A stretch of DNA of 64,000 nt from an uncultured Myxococcales bacterium (GCA_937146725.1 CAKZRU010000041.1:5154-69153), one strand, 5' to 3'. Numbered from the stretch's first letter, positions 27,293-37,810 are shown. Translations and numbers: made by a program. Notes: generated from the sequence alone by a model not told the origin.

Positions 27293-28780
27293 GTGAAGCT
27301 TGCCTTTTGGATAAAATTGAGCTGTGTGCTTGCTTGGTTTGCTCAAGTTTATCTGGTTGCTTATTTACCAGAGCTTGCGGATGAAGCCTATTATAAACGA
27401 TGGAGTGAGCAGCTAGATTGGGGGTACTTTGACCATCCGCCAGCGGTTGCTTGGTGGTTTTTAGCTGGAGGAAGAATCCTTAACCTTTGCCTTTTACCAC
27501 TCGCTTGGTTCAATTTTATCTGGGCCGGCCGACTCTTGGGAGCACGTCAATCGCCCTGGTTAGTTTGTTTGATTGCTTGGTCAACTCCACTTGGTTTAGC
27601 TTCGGGGGTATTAGTAACACCAGATATTCCATTATTGTTCTGTTGGAGCTTGGCGACTTTAGGCTATGCCTTAGCTTCCTATCCCTTGATGACTTTGGCT
27701 CTAAGTTTAGCTTTGTGGTCTAAAGCAATGATACTGCCGGCAATGAGTGGCTTATTGTACTTGTGTTGGACTGATCAACGCCTAAAGCCTAATCAAAGGC
27801 AAATCAGATGTATATTGATGTGCCTCACTATATTCATACTGTATATCCCACAGTTGTATTGGTCGGCGAATCATCATTGGCTGCCATGGAGTTTTCAAGG
27901 CGGAAGGCAGTGGAGACTGCTTTCAAGTTTTGAGTTTTTAGCAGGACAATTTTTAGTGGGTGGAGGACTATGGTTTATTTATCTCTTAAACAGTTATAAA
28001 GAGTTTATAGTAGACCACTATTCTATTGATTGGCTAACGAGTAATTGGGTAAAACGGACTGTATTTCGCCAAAATATAACTTCGGGGCCTACTTCGGTGG
28101 CAAGCACATCTGAAGAAACGGTTTTTAAAAGTTTAGAGTTTGATCGGGTTTGTTTCTTTTTATCAGTACCCACCATGCTTTGTTTTAGCTTGGTGAGTTT
28201 ATTGTTTAGAGTCGAAGCAAATTGGACTGCCTTAGCTTGGCCAATGGGACTGGTTTGGTTGGTGGAACGACTTCCCTATTATAAGTTGATAAGGGCTTGG
28301 AAAGGGTCATTATTATTTGTTCTGCCTTGTTTATTACTCCCGATCATTCATCACTTGATCCCCTTATCTTGGGGGCCTCCCAGAGATGGAGAAAAACTAA
28401 AGAATTGCCTGAATGCAGTACAAAACTCTCAACCAGATATTCGTTATTGGGTTGCCGGACGCTATCAAGAAGCGGCTTTATTAGGCCTAAATCTTGATCA
28501 ACATAATGCTCAGCAACTGAGTAAAAATCATAGGGTAAGCATTATTTACCAAAAAGCTTTTGGGCGTAGGCAAAGCCAATATGATTTAAGTGTCAATAGG
28601 CAAAAACTTCAGCAAGAACACTTAACTTGTCATTCACTGTGGCTTGGCCCCAAACAATGGGCTCAAGGGATTTGTGCAGCGGAAAACATAGATTTAAAAG
28701 AGGAAGATAAAAACTGTCGACTCTCTCTTTCTCGCTGTCGCTGTCCGGTGGATAAACATCGAACTTCTGTTGTGGAGTAA
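27293..28780 (+). CDS. GT-C fold polyprenol-phosphate-dependent glycosyltransferase (GT39 PMT / GT83 ArnT-like) with C-terminal soluble domain
   Basis: GTG start; many TM helices; first-loop acidic motif YLPELADEAYYKRW...DHPP characteristic of PMT/ArnT-type GT-C enzymes; directly downstream of Dpm1-like GT2. Confidence 0.65.
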   Translation: MKLAFWIKLSCVLAWFAQVYLVAYLPELADEAYYKRWSEQLDWGYFDHPPAVAWWFLAGGRILNLCLLPLAWFNFIWAGRLLGARQSPWLVCLIAWSTPLGLASGVLVTPDIPLLFCWSLATLGYALASYPLMTLALSLALWSKAMILPAMSGLLYLCWTDQRLKPNQRQIRCILMCLTIFILYIPQLYWSANHHWLPWSFQGGRQWRLLSSFEFLAGQFLVGGGLWFIYLLNSYKEFIVDHYSIDWLTSNWVKRTVFRQNITSGPTSVASTSEETVFKSLEFDRVCFFLSVPTMLCFSLVSLLFRVEANWTALAWPMGLVWLVERLPYYKLIRAWKGSLLFVLPCLLLPIIHHLIPLSWGPPRDGEKLKNCLNAVQNSQPDIRYWVAGRYQEAALLGLNLDQHNAQQLSKNHRVSIIYQKAFGRRQSQYDLSVNRQKLQQEHLTCHSLWLGPKQWAQGICAAENIDLKEEDKNCRLSLSRCRCPVDKHRTSVVE

Positions 28781-28907
28781 GTAAAAAACTGTCTTTTAAT
28801 CGAATTTTAGTTTGAGAGATTCTTACTTGTCTTTTTAGTTTTTGTTGACAATTAAAGCTAAGGGCTGTCACTGAGTAGCTCTGATACAGCCTAGAAAAGG
28901 AACTTTT

Positions 28908-30020
28908 ATGACTTCTACAACAAGCGAAATACACGAACTTAAGGTGCCGGTCATAGACTTAGATAAGCTAAGAGAAGGTGATGCGGATGAACTTGCTAAC
29001 CTAGCTTATGGTTTAGGCGATCTTGGTTTAATTCATATCAAGAATCATGGTATTGATGCCGAACAGCTCGATTCATTTTATGCAGCCTTTCAAGAGTTTT
29101 GTGCTAAACCCATGGCCGAAAAAGAAAGCTTGAGTCAGGCGCATGTTTGGTTTCAAAGAGGGTGGACTCCCCCAGATACAGAAAAAGCTGTACTCGCTGG
29201 TGGGCAACCGGATTTCAAAGAATGTTATTTTGCGACCCCCGAAGAAATTGATCCCTTTCTACAAGCTGAATACCCTCAGATCTTTGCTGACAACATATGG
29301 CCGGCTGATGCTCAGGAAAGTGGCTTTGCTGATCGTTATTTAACCATTGGTCGTCAGCTTCATCAGATTGGTTTGAGTTTATTAGAAGGAACTGCTCAAG
29401 CCTTGAAGCTTCCCAAAGACACTTTCACTCGTTTTGTGCAAGGGGGGGCTCATGTCACAAGAGCACTACACTATTTACCCTTGCAGGAGTCACAAGTAGA
29501 TACAGGAGTTCGTTGGGGAGAGGAACACACTGATTTTAATCTACTTACGCTTTTACCAGGGGGTCGTTTTTATTATGAGAATGGTGAAGCTTATACACCA
29601 AAGGGGGTATCAGGCCTCTATCTTAGAGCTCGGGCTGATGAACAGCATCCTCAAGGACGACGCGTCAAAGGTTCAGCACCAGCTGGTTGTATTGTTGCTC
29701 AAGTTGGTCAGCAGTTAGAAATCTTAACCGGTGGTAAGCTGTTAGCGACCCCTCATGAGATTTTACCACCTAATGAAGCTGGTGTGCATCGTTCCTCTAT
29801 GGCGCATTTTATTCATAGTCATCCTCACCAAGTATTGATGCCGTTTGAACAGTTTAAAACTCCAGAAGCCATACAAGCTTACCGCCCACCGGTTTTAGCG
29901 GGTAACTATTCTTTAAAAACTTTGGTTGATATCGGACTAGCACCAAGCGAAGAGCTTGATAAGTTAGGATATCGCCACTATCGACGCTTGGCCGAGCAAA
30001 GAGCTCAAGAGGGTCGTTAA
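28908..30020 (+). CDS. 2OG-Fe(II) oxygenase, isopenicillin-N-synthase/flavonol-synthase-like family
   Basis: N-terminal non-haem dioxygenase-N-like region (LGLIHIKNHGI); HYLPLQE...EEHTDFNLLTLL (HxD) ... ATPHEI (distal His) motifs. Confidence 0.7.
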   Translation: MTSTTSEIHELKVPVIDLDKLREGDADELANLAYGLGDLGLIHIKNHGIDAEQLDSFYAAFQEFCAKPMAEKESLSQAHVWFQRGWTPPDTEKAVLAGGQPDFKECYFATPEEIDPFLQAEYPQIFADNIWPADAQESGFADRYLTIGRQLHQIGLSLLEGTAQALKLPKDTFTRFVQGGAHVTRALHYLPLQESQVDTGVRWGEEHTDFNLLTLLPGGRFYYENGEAYTPKGVSGLYLRARADEQHPQGRRVKGSAPAGCIVAQVGQQLEILTGGKLLATPHEILPPNEAGVHRSSMAHFIHSHPHQVLMPFEQFKTPEAIQAYRPPVLAGNYSLKTLVDIGLAPSEELDKLGYRHYRRLAEQRAQEGR

Positions 30021-30157
30021 GGCTTGATTTAATCATTTAGATCTTTGCCTTTAGATCTTTTGGTCCTTATTTTTATTGGTCTTCAAAAGATCTTTAAGGT
30101 CTGATTTGTTTTTAATAGGACCATGGAACTGTTGAGAGTTTTTTTGCCCTGGGAAAA

Positions 30158-33100
30158 TCAGTGATAAATGGTGACTTTAAGGATATTTTGATCGTAACTC
30201 AATACAGCAAAGTCATCCTTACCATCATCATTCATATCACCCGCTCCGGAAGTGGCGATCTTTTGTCCGCTCGGTGCTGATGCACTGAGTGATACACCAC
30301 GCCCCACAGTGACTTGGTCAGAACCAAAGCTTGCATTACCATCATTATAGAAGACAAAGACCTGCTCGGCATTACTGAGTGTATTATCTTCATTATTGGC
30401 AATCAAGTCCATAAAGCCGTCCCCATTAATGTCTCCTGCCAAGTCAAAACGTGAACCAAAGCGATTTTCACCACGGCGGAAGCAATCGAGTTGCTGTAGA
30501 TCACTTGACATCACTACCATAAGCTTATCTGACGCATTACCTACCACAAAGTCAGCGTTATCATCACCGTTAAGATCTACACCACCTCTGAGCATCGTTC
30601 CAAAACTTGTTGGCCCTAGCTCAGCACAGGGATTATCCACTTCGATAAAGTCTGGATTTGTACCATCAAAAGTCAGTTCTCCACCATTCGTAGCAAGCGC
30701 TGTTTCTAGGGTGCTGCCACCGTAGACTAAGTGGAGGTGGTCAATGCTGTCACCGGCCGAGAAGATAAGCTCAGAAGTACCATCTCCATCAAGATCACCA
30801 GCGGTCGATACTTGTACACCGGCATTATTGTAGGTGCTTGTCAATTTGTAATATCCATCAGAAACACTTGGTGTCACAACATCTTGAATCACGGCCGGCC
30901 ACTGGCTACGACCTTCAATGATGGTGACAAAGGTGTTGTAGTTAAAGCTAGGATCAAAACCACCACCAAGCACAATATCATCACAACCAACCGCAAGACC
31001 TTGAACCAAATCACCCCGATTTGATAGAGCAACGCGTGAGTGTCCGGGACTGAAAATAACACTATCGGCTGTGGCCAATTCGCTATTAGTACAGTTTTGA
31101 GCTAACGGACAGCCAAAGTATACGGCAAAGGCTGACCCATTAAAATCGAGCGGATAGCCCGCTACAACAATGTCAGGTGCTCCGTCTCCATTCACATCAC
31201 CACCACTAGTGACCTCAATACCAAAGAGTAAATTACTCATTTCTACGGGGATATTGAGTGCCAAGGTGTTGCTATTTAATACACTTAAATCATCCATACC
31301 CTTAATGATTAAGACATCACTGATAAAGTCTGGACCAACGGATTGGGCCGAGTTGACCATTAGGTCATCATAGCCATCACCATCAAAGTCGCCGATTGAG
31401 TTAAGAGCGTTTCCTGTGGTGAAAGTCGGCTGGGTACTATCCCAATTACCGCTTCTTGGGTTAAAGTTCACAGTGGCTCGGTTGAGTCGAGTATCGATGA
31501 GCGCTGAACGAACTGCACCAAGGCGACCAACATCATCACGAGCGCGAAGGGATAAGTAGAAACTCTTGTTAGGCGGCAAGTTCTCGATAGACAAAGTCTC
31601 AATGGCACCCGGCTGAACGCTTGGAATAAGTTCATTAAGCAAACGAGCAGACTCCCAAGTTAACTCACTGTTGATATTGTTGAAAGACCAACGAGCCTCA
31701 TAGGCTTGAACTCGATCTCCACCACTTTGATCATCACCAGGTGCAGTAAAGCTTACTTCAACTTCTGGAATACGCTTGTTCATCACAGTTGGGTTAAGTG
31801 TGATTCCGGTGGGGGCTGAAGGGTCAGCGATAATGGTAAAGCTTTGGCAACGCTCATTTTGTGCTTCATCACTGATGCATAATTGGTAGCTTGCTTCTCT
31901 TGCCGGTGGGTTAAGCCCAGTGATACGTAGTTCAACTGTATCTTCATTGGGCGCAGGGTCATCTACACTAATCTCTAAGGGGAGCTGTACGCCATCAATC
32001 GAGATTCGAGCGCTACGAGAAGACGTGCTGGGTGCTTCTGTAACGGTTGCAACAAGTGTCATTTGCTGTCCGGCTGCTTCAGGGTCATTATCCTGTAACA
32101 CCTGTCTTACGCCTTCTGCATTAAGGGCAGGCGAGGTAATCACAATCGAGCTTGGGGCAATTAAGTCAACTCGGATATTTTTGCCTAAAGATGAGGTGAC
32201 TTCATTGTTTAAGCGAATTCGAGTTGAAACACTGTGTTCCCCTTCTGGAATTGTAACTTCGCTGAAAACAATATCTCCGGTACTTTGATCGATAGTTGTT
32301 GAGCCCAAAAGTTCACTACCATCTAAAAGTAACTCCGCCTGAGCGCTTGCACATTGTGGATCCAACAGATCAACACGACCACTAATATCAAGTCTTAGCT
32401 TGTTATCAGCAGTGACGATCCCCTGATTTGGCCCAAGAAGTTGGCCACTAATCAGACTGGTAATTTGACTGCTACACCCATCGATCGCAATATCGATATT
32501 CTTTGCTTGCGAAGTACTTGGGTTTTCGCAGGCATCTTCGCTTCTGACACTTAAGGCATGTGGCCCCGGAGGTAGGGTTAAGACCGCTGTGAGAGTTTGA
32601 CTATCAGCCACAGTAGTGATTAATTGAGCAGGTAAAGTGGGTAAGCGCTCCTCACCACTGTAGATTTTTAGTTCTTGGCCGGCTTCTAGTCCAGTAGCGT
32701 CAATACTTACATTTACTTGGAAACCGTCAGCTGGAGACTGATTTGCATCATCACTGGCAAGCAGAGTTTGTCCATCATCAACCCCATTTAAGACCAAAGT
32801 TGGTGCGCTTAAGTCTACTGAGATTGGCACAGACAAAGGTGCAGACCAATCTGGACGATCACCAATCGTATTAAAGCCCGCTACGCTACCAGCGTTACCA
32901 CAGCTATCTTCGGCAACAAGAGATAAGAGATGATTGCCCTCTGATAAAAGAATGGTCGAAAAGGTAAAGGTAGGATTTGAGACCGTTTCTCGTTGTACGA
33001 TGATGCCATCAAGGCCCAAGCTTAAAGAGACCGGTTCGCCTTCTACCCAACCAGAGCTTACTTGAGGTTGATACTGAGCACCGGCCTGTGGCTCAAGATC

Positions 33101-36100
33101 ATCCGCGATATTGAGACATTGGTTGGCCATAGGTCGTAATAACTCGGGAGTAGGTGCTTCAGTGTCGATGAGCAGTAAAAGAGGAGCAAAGCTTTCATCA
33201 TCTTGGTTGGGTAAAGAGTTACCGACAACATCAGTACCTGCCAGATAAATAAAGTGTTCACCTTGAGGCAAGTTTACATTTGAGATAGAACCACGACCTT
33301 CCGATATTTCAACGCTACCTAAGGGAACTTGGCCTGGCAAAGAGAAAACTCGGACTAAGCGGTTATCTTCAATACCATTGACTTGGAAATCAACAGTAAA
33401 ACTTGCGTTACGACTGCTTGCACTCGCATTGATGCGCTCTTGTGCGTTAATGCATTGATCATCATTAAGATCTTCGGCAATCGAGATTTCGACTACGTTT
33501 GGCGCGGTGCAATCACTTAGAATTGAAATGGTATTTGAACGTAAATCAACGCCATTTTCACGAGCGACTAAGGAAATGTCATGCTGGCCGTCACTTAAAG
33601 TGATTGGACAGCGGATATTGTTCCCCTGCGCACTTGTACTACATTGACCTTGAGAAGCATCGCTTTGATTACCACATAAGGGAGACAAAGCACCGGCTTG
33701 GTTAGAAGCACATAAAGCGAACTCAACATTTTCAATATCGGTAAAACCCGCACTTCTTACATCAACTTCGATTTGACAGCCGGCTGTTTCTAAATCCTGA
33801 TCTTCGCTTCGGTTAATTAAGGCTTGATCTCGAGGCTCAATAATCACAATGCTCACGTTGGTATCACCTTCGATATTTTGACTAAACTCTTGTGTGTTTC
33901 CACAAGCATCGCTCACTGTCGCGGTAAGTAGTTGACTGCCATTGGTATAGGTGAGTAGGCCTAAATCTACAGTTTCACATTCTTCTTCTCCTAAAGTGTT
34001 AGTGATGGCCTCTTCACTTTGGGCTGGAATGGTGGCTACAGTCATTACTTGTCCTGCTGCACCACAGACTCTTACGCGAGTTGGAAACTGAATGCCGGGG
34101 ACGAGGCCATCATTATCATCCAGTAGATCAAGAATTGTATCGGGAGCCGGTAGAACGAGTTCTACTTCAGGTGGAGTTCGGTCAACTGTAAGGCTGAATT
34201 GCTGAGACATGGGTAAGCCACTCACATCCATCGCAACAAACTCTAAATCGCATTGGCCATCCGGTAAGGTCACTGTTGAAAAGGTAATTAAGGCCGATTG
34301 TCCAAGATTGATTACTGCACCATTTTGCTCATCAACAAGTTCTCGTTGATCATTGCCTGGTAACTGACAATAAACTTGGACCTGAGGAATACTATTTGCA
34401 GCTAAAGCATCAGCATCGACTTCAAAGCGCATTTGGAAGCCTGGTGCTGATGAACGATCTTGAACTTGATTATTTAGACATTCAGCGACATCACTTAACG
34501 GACGGACCGAGAGCAGAGGCCTAATTTCATAGCTGGTAAGATTTAGGGATTGACCACGTCTTTGCTCTGATACTGGCGTTAAGATGATCTCTGTAGCTCC
34601 ATCAAGACTTGTCGGTAGGGTTACAGCGAGCTCACCTAAACCAAGAGAGTCTAAGGTCAGAGGGCCAACAATCATGCTTGGCTCAGCATTTACATTAAGC
34701 TCGAAGTTTACGATCTCATTTGCATTACCGCTCAGTGAGAGAGATATTTGTAAGCCTTCGGTTTCATTGTCAATATCATTAAGCAAGGTGACTCCAGAAC
34801 CATCGCTCCAATTGGTGACTCTGAGTGGTGCCTGACAGCCTTCTGCATTGAGAGTAAAGTCAAACTCACTGCTTGCGCCCGCACAGTCGATGACCTGCAT
34901 GTTGATGGTGTTTTCACCAGGAATAAAGTTATAGCTAGGTGTTCTTACAATCCCTTGGGCTACTTGATCAGTACAGGTGGGTAAGCTTCCGTTTAAGCTA
35001 AAGCAAACTCTTTCAGCACTTTCATCACTCAAAGAGAACTCAACCGAAGATTGAATGCAGTCTGAAAGATCAGAGTTTTGGTCATTGGCTAAGGTGAGTG
35101 AGCCATTGGCCGGATTTAGAGGGCCTACTACCGGTACTTCGTTATCGATCAGTACTTCGATAGGATCACTAGGGATAACAGAAATATCAACCCCACCGCT
35201 GGTGCCTGAAATGACTAAGCTGTAGCGACCATCGGCCAATTGCTGATTGGTTAAATCCAAAGAAGTGCTGTAAAAGTTGCTATCTTGAGCCTGTAGCTGT
35301 CCAAAGCGGGCAACCTGACCGCCTTCACTATACAAAGTATAATTGAGCTCGGTATTACCTTCCGAGAATTGACGAGCTTCTCCACCAATAAAGAATAAGT
35401 CAGAAAAACAAGCATAAGTTCGACCATTGGAATTAGGCGCAACAATAGGATCAAGGATTTCAAAAATAGGTTCATCTGTAATGACCGGATAAAATGAGCT
35501 CGCTAAAACCGGTTCGTTTTGTCCGGTCATAGCGACCGGCTTACATGAGTAAGTATCGGCTCTTGGGAATGAGACAAAAATCGGTCCTTGATAGACACCA
35601 GATTCACCTTCGACAGCGCTTAATTCACTACGTAAAACGGAACTAATGCTAAGGACTTCAGAAGAACCACCTTCACCTCGTGCACAATGGATTTCAATCG
35701 GATAATCCTCACTCTCTCTTTGATCTTCGACTCTGATCGTAAATTGAGTTTGTAAACCTTCATTTTCTGGATCGATATCAGTGTTGATAAGCTCGAGTTG
35801 AGCCGGATCTACGATTGATAAACGTGGGGTTACACCATCAAAGCAAAAACTGTAACTTGGGGTTTGATGCACGCCTCCACATTGATCATCACCACTAATT
35901 GTAATTTGATGGCCACAGAGATAATCGCCTTCAAGTTCGATCGTAAAACGACCTTGACCGTCTAGCGTCAGTGTTTCAGGCGCATTTTCGAGTGGCGGCT
36001 CAATGGTTAATCTAACCTCTGAGTTTGCAGGAAGATTAGAAGTAAAGCCATTAATTCTCCACTTTAAAATCGCTTCGCCTTGAGCATTAAAGCTAGTGAT

Positions 36101-37228
36101 GGCTTGACTTAGGTTTCTTCGGTTAACACCGATTTCTTCAAATTGATCAATAGAAAGTTCAGGATCTGTTGTATCAACATCAAGCACATAGGTATCAACA
36201 TTAGCCCCAAGTCCATTTTCACTTTGTGCTCGTGCGCTAATTGTATTTTCACCATTATTTAGGGTCACAACAAGGCTCGCTTCTCCATCCACCACAGTGG
36301 CCGGAGTATAACTTTGTCCGTTCACTGTCCAAATGACTTGTTCGCAGTCACTTGTTGCCTTGAGTTCAGCTTGTAGTCCTGGACGGTCAGGATCAACATC
36401 AGCGGTTGCACCAATATCACAACCATCCATTGGCGCAGGGCTCAAAATAAGTTCACACTCACTTGCATTTACCTCAACCGATACACTCGCCTCGAGTAGA
36501 CCATTAGGACCGGTCGTAAATGCGCGCAATTCATGTGTGCCTGATAAAGGAAGGGTAACACTTTCAAAAAAAGCTTTGCCATTTTCAACTTGAGTGCGAA
36601 CTGGATTTCCACCATTCACTTCGACTTCCACAAGATTACTGAGATTGGCGACTGGCCCATTCACTTCGATTTCAACCGGAACTTGTACGCCATTGGTTAA
36701 GTCATTATCTAGGTCATCACTTGCAGTAAAGATTGTTCCTTCAACCGGATTAATGAAAGAGATAGAGCTTTCATTGACACCGCATAAAGGGCTTTCGGGG
36801 TCAATCTCAACAGTGATCGCAAGGGTTGCGCTAGCGCGTTCAAGCTCACCGTTTAAAAGTTTTGCTTCAAACTCATAGTTACCAGCACTTAAAGCAAGAT
36901 CACTAAAGATGACCCGACCATCATCGGTTAAGGCTCGACGTTGGGCTTCAAAGCGACTTGGCATTGCGCTCAGCTCAATGACAAGATTATCTAATTCAGA
37001 AGCCGGGGCTTGTGCGCTTAAGCTAACAGCGATATCAATTTCATTGGGTGTAGATCTTTTAAGATCATCGGCACACCCAAGTATACTATCGGCTTCGGGT
37101 AATATAAACGAGAGTTCATAGCTCTCGGGCTTAATAGGTTCATCATCACAGGCAACCATGCCGAAAAGACTTAGGCAGAGAGCCCAACAAAGCGACAGTG
37201 ATTGAAAGTGTTGTTTTTCAGTGTTCAT
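30158..37228 (-). CDS. giant (2356 aa) surface lipoprotein adhesin with tandem Ig-like/cadherin-like beta domains, an FN3-like domain and C-terminal FG-GAP (integrin-alpha-like) beta-propeller repeats
   Basis: Lipobox LCLSLFGMVAC; long beta-rich repetitive body; FN3-like PSAPTGITLNP...; FG-GAP/Ca-binding repeats DFDGDGYDDLMV, DVNGDGAPDIVV, DLDGDGTSELIFS, DLNGDDNADFVV, DINGDGFMDLI, DMNDDGKDDFAV. Confidence 0.85.
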   Translation of the reverse strand: MNTEKQHFQSLSLCWALCLSLFGMVACDDEPIKPESYELSFILPEADSILGCADDLKRSTPNEIDIAVSLSAQAPASELDNLVIELSAMPSRFEAQRRALTDDGRVIFSDLALSAGNYEFEAKLLNGELERASATLAITVEIDPESPLCGVNESSISFINPVEGTIFTASDDLDNDLTNGVQVPVEIEVNGPVANLSNLVEVEVNGGNPVRTQVENGKAFFESVTLPLSGTHELRAFTTGPNGLLEASVSVEVNASECELILSPAPMDGCDIGATADVDPDRPGLQAELKATSDCEQVIWTVNGQSYTPATVVDGEASLVVTLNNGENTISARAQSENGLGANVDTYVLDVDTTDPELSIDQFEEIGVNRRNLSQAITSFNAQGEAILKWRINGFTSNLPANSEVRLTIEPPLENAPETLTLDGQGRFTIELEGDYLCGHQITISGDDQCGGVHQTPSYSFCFDGVTPRLSIVDPAQLELINTDIDPENEGLQTQFTIRVEDQRESEDYPIEIHCARGEGGSSEVLSISSVLRSELSAVEGESGVYQGPIFVSFPRADTYSCKPVAMTGQNEPVLASSFYPVITDEPIFEILDPIVAPNSNGRTYACFSDLFFIGGEARQFSEGNTELNYTLYSEGGQVARFGQLQAQDSNFYSTSLDLTNQQLADGRYSLVISGTSGGVDISVIPSDPIEVLIDNEVPVVGPLNPANGSLTLANDQNSDLSDCIQSSVEFSLSDESAERVCFSLNGSLPTCTDQVAQGIVRTPSYNFIPGENTINMQVIDCAGASSEFDFTLNAEGCQAPLRVTNWSDGSGVTLLNDIDNETEGLQISLSLSGNANEIVNFELNVNAEPSMIVGPLTLDSLGLGELAVTLPTSLDGATEIILTPVSEQRRGQSLNLTSYEIRPLLSVRPLSDVAECLNNQVQDRSSAPGFQMRFEVDADALAANSIPQVQVYCQLPGNDQRELVDEQNGAVINLGQSALITFSTVTLPDGQCDLEFVAMDVSGLPMSQQFSLTVDRTPPEVELVLPAPDTILDLLDDNDGLVPGIQFPTRVRVCGAAGQVMTVATIPAQSEEAITNTLGEEECETVDLGLLTYTNGSQLLTATVSDACGNTQEFSQNIEGDTNVSIVIIEPRDQALINRSEDQDLETAGCQIEVDVRSAGFTDIENVEFALCASNQAGALSPLCGNQSDASQGQCSTSAQGNNIRCPITLSDGQHDISLVARENGVDLRSNTISILSDCTAPNVVEISIAEDLNDDQCINAQERINASASSRNASFTVDFQVNGIEDNRLVRVFSLPGQVPLGSVEISEGRGSISNVNLPQGEHFIYLAGTDVVGNSLPNQDDESFAPLLLLIDTEAPTPELLRPMANQCLNIADDLEPQAGAQYQPQVSSGWVEGEPVSLSLGLDGIIVQRETVSNPTFTFSTILLSEGNHLLSLVAEDSCGNAGSVAGFNTIGDRPDWSAPLSVPISVDLSAPTLVLNGVDDGQTLLASDDANQSPADGFQVNVSIDATGLEAGQELKIYSGEERLPTLPAQLITTVADSQTLTAVLTLPPGPHALSVRSEDACENPSTSQAKNIDIAIDGCSSQITSLISGQLLGPNQGIVTADNKLRLDISGRVDLLDPQCASAQAELLLDGSELLGSTTIDQSTGDIVFSEVTIPEGEHSVSTRIRLNNEVTSSLGKNIRVDLIAPSSIVITSPALNAEGVRQVLQDNDPEAAGQQMTLVATVTEAPSTSSRSARISIDGVQLPLEISVDDPAPNEDTVELRITGLNPPAREASYQLCISDEAQNERCQSFTIIADPSAPTGITLNPTVMNKRIPEVEVSFTAPGDDQSGGDRVQAYEARWSFNNINSELTWESARLLNELIPSVQPGAIETLSIENLPPNKSFYLSLRARDDVGRLGAVRSALIDTRLNRATVNFNPRSGNWDSTQPTFTTGNALNSIGDFDGDGYDDLMVNSAQSVGPDFISDVLIIKGMDDLSVLNSNTLALNIPVEMSNLLFGIEVTSGGDVNGDGAPDIVVAGYPLDFNGSAFAVYFGCPLAQNCTNSELATADSVIFSPGHSRVALSNRGDLVQGLAVGCDDIVLGGGFDPSFNYNTFVTIIEGRSQWPAVIQDVVTPSVSDGYYKLTSTYNNAGVQVSTAGDLDGDGTSELIFSAGDSIDHLHLVYGGSTLETALATNGGELTFDGTNPDFIEVDNPCAELGPTSFGTMLRGGVDLNGDDNADFVVGNASDKLMVVMSSDLQQLDCFRRGENRFGSRFDLAGDINGDGFMDLIANNEDNTLSNAEQVFVFYNDGNASFGSDQVTVGRGVSLSASAPSGQKIATSGAGDMNDDGKDDFAVLSYDQNILKVTIYH

Positions 37229-37333
37229 AACTCACCTTATTTTTTGGAGAAAGCTTAATTAAAGCTGAAATCATTCTCATGTGAGGGACTAGAGTTTAAG
37301 AAGGGTCAGTAAATATTAATTAGGAGATGATCA

Positions 37334-37639
37334 TCAGACGAATTGAATTAACTGAGCGTTGCTCAGTTCATTGAGAAATTCCTCAAGATCACTTTCTGCA
37401 GATGAAAGAGTTGTATCAAAAGTTTTGATTACCGCTTTGAGTAAGTCGTCTCGATTGCATGTCGACTTGAGAATCAGTGACCAAATAAATGTACCTACTT
37501 CATTCAATTGACGGATTTCATCACGATTGGTATCAAGAATAAGCGCTTGCTCACCAATAATACGGGAAACAACATAAGCATTAGGTTTAATGACCGGTTG
37601 AGATGCTGAAGTTTCGTCAGATTGAGAAGGGCTTGTCAT
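37334..37639 (-). CDS. PqqD-family protein (stand-alone RiPP recognition element-like peptide chaperone)
   Basis: VIKPNAYVVSRIIGEQALILDTNRDEIRQLNEVGTFIWSLI...DLLKAVIKTFD...AESDLEEFLNELSNAQLI matches PqqD profile (P...v..d.e.vll....g....LN.tg..IW.ll.....D....f...L...gli). Confidence 0.65.
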   Translation of the reverse strand: MTSPSQSDETSASQPVIKPNAYVVSRIIGEQALILDTNRDEIRQLNEVGTFIWSLILKSTCNRDDLLKAVIKTFDTTLSSAESDLEEFLNELSNAQLIQFV

Positions 37640-37810
37640 AATAACTCCGCTTGTTGATCGTATTTAGCTTATACATATACAAAATCTATTGATAGTATAC
37701 CACAAAACAAATGCAAGCTTCTCAGCAGACTTGAATAACTTTTAACCTGCTTCACCGATTGAGTCCTTTTGATGTATCGTCGTTTTCCAAAAGATAAAAA
37801 GTAGCAGTCC

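Noticed and set aside
30396-37121. Plus-strand ORFs (30396-30725, 31920-32288, 36333-36878 etc.) inside the giant adhesin gene
   Set aside because: Antisense to a 7-kb ORF with clear domain structure; low-complexity Ser/Thr/Pro translations.
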